This document shows, in pieces, positions 49,230 to 54,347 of a stretch of 54,347 nt of DNA (its first letter is position 1; each line of letters starts with the position of its first letter). Source of the stretch: Octopus bimaculoides (taxonomy: Eukaryota). Below the pieces are notes generated by a model, which was given only the letters and a program-made list of their open reading frames with translations, did not search any database and was not told the origin of the DNA. The stretch lies in the NCBI RefSeq assembly GCF_001194135.2, contig NC_068989.1, forward strand, positions 47,599,337 to 47,653,683. The letters are read 5' to 3'. Position numbers and translations under genes: made by a program.

Positions 49230-50420
49230 TATAATATAGAGGTGCACAAACGCTAGCAAGTCAATTTTGGTTCACGATAATTCGTACTGAGTGAAGAAAG
49301 AAGGCATTCCGCTATTGGACGTATCTACTGCGAGCTTCGACGAGGCTGAGGTGGATGAACGCGTCGGGCTATTTATCTTGGATACTCTAACGAAGTGCAC
49401 ACACCCTTGTAACTCAGCCCTGTACAGGGATGAGGATCTTGCATTCTCCATATGAGCGGCGAAACCATTGACACTCCAGGAAAGATTTGATAAAGATTTT
49501 CAAAGTATGTGACCTATATATAGCGGTCACAACCAATTTGACAAATGTCGACATCCAGGACGTAGTCCTTGATCTGGAGATGGACAAGTACTACCTTTAC
49601 AGGAAACCCAATAATGGCACGGTGTATATCCACAGAGACTTCAACCCCCACCAGCAGATATAATTAGAAAACGAGACATAGGTATAATTAGAATAATCTT
49701 TAAACTATCAGTGAATAAAGAGATCTTCAACAGGGTCGCACCCGTTATAACAAGGTATTAAGATAGGAGTAGATTCACTGAAAAGATAGTATTTATGGAG
49801 GACACCACATCCTCAAATCGAAAGAGTCAGAAAGAGAAAGAAAATCTAGTTCAATCCTAGCTGAGTATAGAAGTTTCAACCAGCACTGCTAGGAGCTTGT
49901 TAGTGCAAATTAAGAAAGTTTTCTTAGATACCATAAGTGTTATAAACTTTACAGCCCCGACAAGGTCATAGTCAGTCACTCCTGTATAGGCAACATTACC
50001 TTTACAATTGCACGCCACAATAGACGTAAGCACAATCCTACACAGCTTCGAATACACACCTTAGCTGCAACTTCCGAGATTCTAACAACAGCTAGTTGTG
50101 ATGCCCCTGCCTCTCTTCTTGCGGCGTTACAACAAGATACTACACGAACATGGCAGGCAACCACTAGGAAGAAAAGTATTCACAGCACATGTACTTCAGA
50201 TTCAAGAATAGGGAAATTCCGCCTTCTTGTCCTATTTTAGCTGAAGACACCATGATCATTGGACTGCTGCCCCACCATCGAAACGATCCGTACTCACCTG
50301 GAACTCGTACTTACTCCACCAATCTGAAGAATCCATCAATAGGTAGAATTGTTGCTAACAAAGATACGCCCTATTTATGATCTTCAAGCAGCTGACAGCA
50401 GATAATTAGATATACCACCT
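49230..50420 (+). mobile_element. Penelope-like element, degenerate RT plus GIY-YIG endonuclease ORF (missed by the ORF track)
   Basis: *VKKEGIPLLDVSTASFDEAEVDERVGLFIL (WVKK..LFDV.MGSFDGAEVCELVG); LYRDED at 49420-49437 (YRDD); DVVLDL..YYLYRKPNNGTVYIH; KVIVSHSCIGN...HN; PYSPGTR. Confidence 0.88.
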
Positions 50421-50833
50421 TACGCCTGGCTGCTCCATACTCAAGTGCATGATACTTAAGCTCTGCCGCTTGTATAGATTACAGCCCCGTCTATGCTGTC
50501 AATTCAACCTAGCATCACGAAATTTTAATCCAGCGGGACCAAATCTTATTACTCCCTCGGTAAGTCTTTTGCTGCTAGTTATGTTAGTTCTCCACTAGCA
50601 CACAGCATCCCGACCGCTTGCCGTGATGTAGCAGAAATGAACGAGCTGATGTCGCTAAAGATATCACGCCACATCTTCCAGACATCGCGGAGATAGCTAC
50701 TTATCTATGTCCATCCACGTGAGCTTGAGCAAAAGGGAAATAAATGTATCAGTAGCTATTTTTACTCCGAAACTTTTGCATCTTTGTAAGGCGTACATCT
50801 CCCTCTCTCTATATATATATTTATCTATCAGTA

Positions 50834-50834
<1 letters not shown>

Positions 50835-50882
<48 letters not shown>

Positions 50883-50948
50883 GTCTATTTATCTATCTAT
50901 CTATCTATCTATCTATCTCTCCCCTATCTCTCTCTCTCTCTCTCTCTC
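50835..50948. repeat. (TATC)n(TC)n microsatellite
   Basis: Direct reading; flanks a gap. Confidence 0.97.
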
Positions 50949-53037
50949 NNNNNNNNNNNNNNNNNNNNNNNNNNNNNNNNNNNNNNNNNNNNNNNNNNNN
51001 NNNNNNNNNNNNNNNNNNNNNNNNNNNNNNNNNNNNNNNNNNNNNNNNNNNNNNNNNNNNNNNNNNNNNNNNNNNNNNNNNNNNNNNNNNNNNNNNNNNN
51101 NNNNNNNNNNNNNNNNNNNNNNNNNNNNNNNNNNNNNNNNNNNNNNNNNNNNNNNNNNNNNNNNNNNNNNNNNNNNNNNNNNNNNNNNNNNNNNNNNNNN
51201 NNNNNNNNNNNNNNNNNNNNNNNNNNNNNNNNNNNNNNNNNNNNNNNNNNNNNNNNNNNNNNNNNNNNNNNNNNNNNATATATAATCATAAATATATAGG
51301 GATTGACAGTAATCTGCTTCTCCAACATTACTGTCAATCCCTATATGTTTATGATTATAAATGATTTTACCGAAAAGGTTTTTTCATACTGAGCTACCCG
51401 GCAAAATTTTTAATTATTAATTTTATTACTAATTGACGATTCCCTGCCCTGCATATCTCTCTCTATATATATATATCTATATATATACACACACACATTT
51501 GTAAATTTGAAAAAAAACCATATTGATATCTGACCGACTCTTTGAATCTTATAGTATACCCGAATCGAGTCCTTGTCGAAGTGCATAGTATTTCGAGCAT
51601 ACCGAATGATATCAATATCCATAAGCATCATTATCATTATCCACTCTATTGAAGACTTGTTCTCTAATGAGTAGAGATTAAGAATTCGAGGATTAAGATT
51701 CGATAATATGAAATTGTGTGAACTTTAATTAATGCTGCAGCAACAATTATTTACTTTCGTGATCTTATTCAGTTGATGGAATAATGCTACTAATTTTATT
51801 GATTTTTTTTTCTCTTTAGATATATATTTGCTAATTAATCTTCTTTCTGTTTTTGCGGATTAATATCATTTATATTTAAGATTCGAGGCAAAATACACTT
51901 TGCAGTCTTCGATCGTAGTACACGTTTGTGATAGACATATATATCTATATCCATCTATCTATCTATCTATCTATCTATCTATATATATATATATATATAT
52001 ATATACCAGCTTATTCTCTAATTTCAATTTAGGAGATTAACATTTTCTATCTCAACCTTTCTTTTACGATAGTCTTCGGATAACTTTGGGCATTATTATC
52101 AAATAGTTATCTATACATGTTGCTTTCTACTTCTTTCATACATACATGCTTATATACATGCATAGATNNNNNNNNNNNNNNNNNNNNNNNNNNNNNNNNN
52201 NNNNNNNNNNNNNNNNNNNNNNNNNNNNNNNNNNNNNNNNNNNNNNNNNNNNNNNNNNNNNNNNNNNNNNNNNNNNNNNNNNNNNNNNNNNNNNNNNNNN
52301 NNNNNNNNNNNNNNNNNNNNNNNNNNNNNNNNNNNNNNNNNNNNNNNNNNNNNNNNNNNNNNNNNNNNNNNNNNNNNNNNNNNNNNNNNNNNNNNNNNNN
52401 NNNNNNNNNNNNNNNNNNNNNNNNNNNNNNNNNNNNNNNNNNNNNNNNNNNNNNNNNNNNNNNNNNNNNNNNNNNNNNNNNNNNNNNNNNNNNNNNNNNN
52501 NNNNNNNNNNNNNNNNNNNNNNNNNNNNNNNNNNNNNNNNNNNNNNNNNNNNNNNNNNNNNNNNNNNNNNNNNNNNNNNNNNNNNNNNNNNNNNNNNNNN
52601 NNNNNNNNNNNNNNNNNNNNNNNNNNNNNNNNNNNNNNNNNNNNNNNNNNNNNNNNNNNNNNNNNNNNNNNNNNNNNNNNNNNNNNNNNNNNNNNNNNNN
52701 NNNNNNNNNNNNNNNNNNNNNNNNNNNNNNNNNNNNNNNNNNNNNNNNNNNNNNNNNNNNNNNNNNNNNNNNNNNNNNNNNNNNNNNNNNNNNNNNNNNN
52801 NNNNNNNNNNNNNNNNNNNNNNNNNNNNNNNNNNNNNNNNNNNNNNNNNNNNNNNNNNNNNNNNNNNNNNNNNNNNNNNNNNNNNNNNNNNNNNNNNNNN
52901 NNNNNNNNNNNNNNNNNNNNNNNNNNNNNNNNNNNNNNNNNNNNNNNNNNNNNNNNNNNNNNNNNNNNNNNNNNNNNNNNNNNNNNNNNNNNNNNNNNNN
53001 NNNNNNNNNNNNNNNNNNNNNNNNNNNNNNNNNNNNN

Positions 53038-53377
53038 ATAGGATCGCGGTTTCGATTCCCAGACCGGGCGTTGTGAGTTTTTATTGAGCGAAAACACCTA
53101 AAAGCTCCACGAGGGCTCCGACAGGTGATGGTGGCGAACCCTGCTGTACTCTTTCACCACAACTTTCCCTTACCCTTACTTCCTGTTTCTGTTGTGCCTG
53201 TAATTCAAAGGGTCAGCCTTGTCACACTGTGTCACGGTCAATATCCCCGAGAACTACGTTAAGGGTACATGTGTCTGTGGAGTGCTCAGCCACTTGCATG
53301 TTAATTTCACGAGCAGACTGTTCCGTTGATCGGATCAACTGGAACCCTCGACGTCGTAAGTGAGAGAGTGCCAACAA
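53038..53377 (+). mobile_element. SINE family C, 5' end lost in a gap
   Basis: ggatcgcggtttcgattcccagaccgggcgttgtgag...gagtgccaacaa. Confidence 0.95.
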
Positions 53378-53728
53378 TTTGGACCTGCCCTCACAGAAAT
53401 TAAACTTCTCCTCAAAGATATGAAGTAGAATTTAAAAATAAGGAACGACAAAATATATAATGCACAGTGAGAGGCAAAGGAAGAGTAGTGAGAGAAGGAA
53501 ATAATACAGAAGATAAGAAGAGAAAGAAAAGGAGAAAAGGAAAAGCAGTGTGAGAAATTCAAACGAAAGGTTTAAGTGGAATTAAAAGCACTAAGGAGAT
53601 GGGGGTGGAATTCAGGCAGATAAATGTAGCGTTATTAGCACAGGAATGGTTGTAGTAGAAGAAAAGAAAAAGATAATAAAAGTGAAATAGAAGAACAGAA
53701 TGTATTACGTAATAAGAGAGAGAGAGAC

Positions 53729-53763
<35 letters not shown>

Positions 53764-54347
53764 AACAGGCAGAGAATAGACCGAACAAACACAGATAAAT
53801 ATCATGAAGAGAGTAGTAGCAACAGATCTTTCGATGAGAAACTGGAATTGGGTGTACAAATAGAAAAGTTCGACACTCAGCATCGTAGCGGTAGCATAGA
53901 CAAGGCGATATCTACATAAATACAGAAAACCTTAGTGAAGAAAACAGACAAGCAGGTACATGAACACACAAATGCCAAATTTCTTGTTCTCACTGATATG
54001 TGTGCATATATGTGACTACTTAGAAAACTTAACTTTATCGATTGCATGATACAGTCATAATCTTTACTGAAACACATGTAAAAGAATCTATGAGCCAACC
54101 TACCATATATGAAAAGTATTCGTCGCACACGCACGTGTATGTGTTTGTGCGTGGGCATATCTCTATATAGAGACTGTTGTGGATTGGAATTTATATTTTA
54201 AAAACAGAAAATTTGTTACGTCTTCTATAATGATACTTTGATATAAATACGTAATTACGGTTTTATGTAAGAATTATTCCATCCGATGAAGAACTTTTAA
54301 AATATATCAGTATAAATATTACACGCATATATATATATATATATATA

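Overview
AT-rich, microsatellite-dense, gap-riddled animal genomic DNA. The SINE families and repeat landscape point to a coleoid cephalopod, most likely Octopus (inference; no database search was possible). No intact protein-coding gene, tRNA, rRNA or CRISPR array is supported, and almost all ORF-track entries are microsatellite or N-gap artefacts. The window is a transposable-element graveyard, read by hand translation across frameshifts and stops. It holds a 5'-truncated Tx1/L1-clade LINE (12.7-15.9 kb) split by a 1-kb insertion with a 4-bp TSD, five RTE-clade LINE fragments, an R4/Dong-like fragment and two Penelope-like (PLE) remnants (RT+GIY-YIG at 49.2-50.4 kb; GIY-YIG end at 6.2-6.5 kb). 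It also holds a Gypsy integrase fragment, two mariner and two DD37D/maT transposase relics, a hAT MITE, a probable Helentron-type HINE, and about 15 copies of four tRNA-derived SINE families. The most interesting structure is a set of four unrelated long inverted repeats that all span about 360-420 bp. One (28232-28589) carries a hammerhead-ribozyme core in each arm, one has convergent SINE heads, one abuts a PLE endonuclease, and one encloses hammerhead-like motifs. There are also dispersed minimal hammerhead motifs, a microhomology-bounded templated duplication at 2.8-3.3 kb, and a speculative chain of short plus-strand exons.
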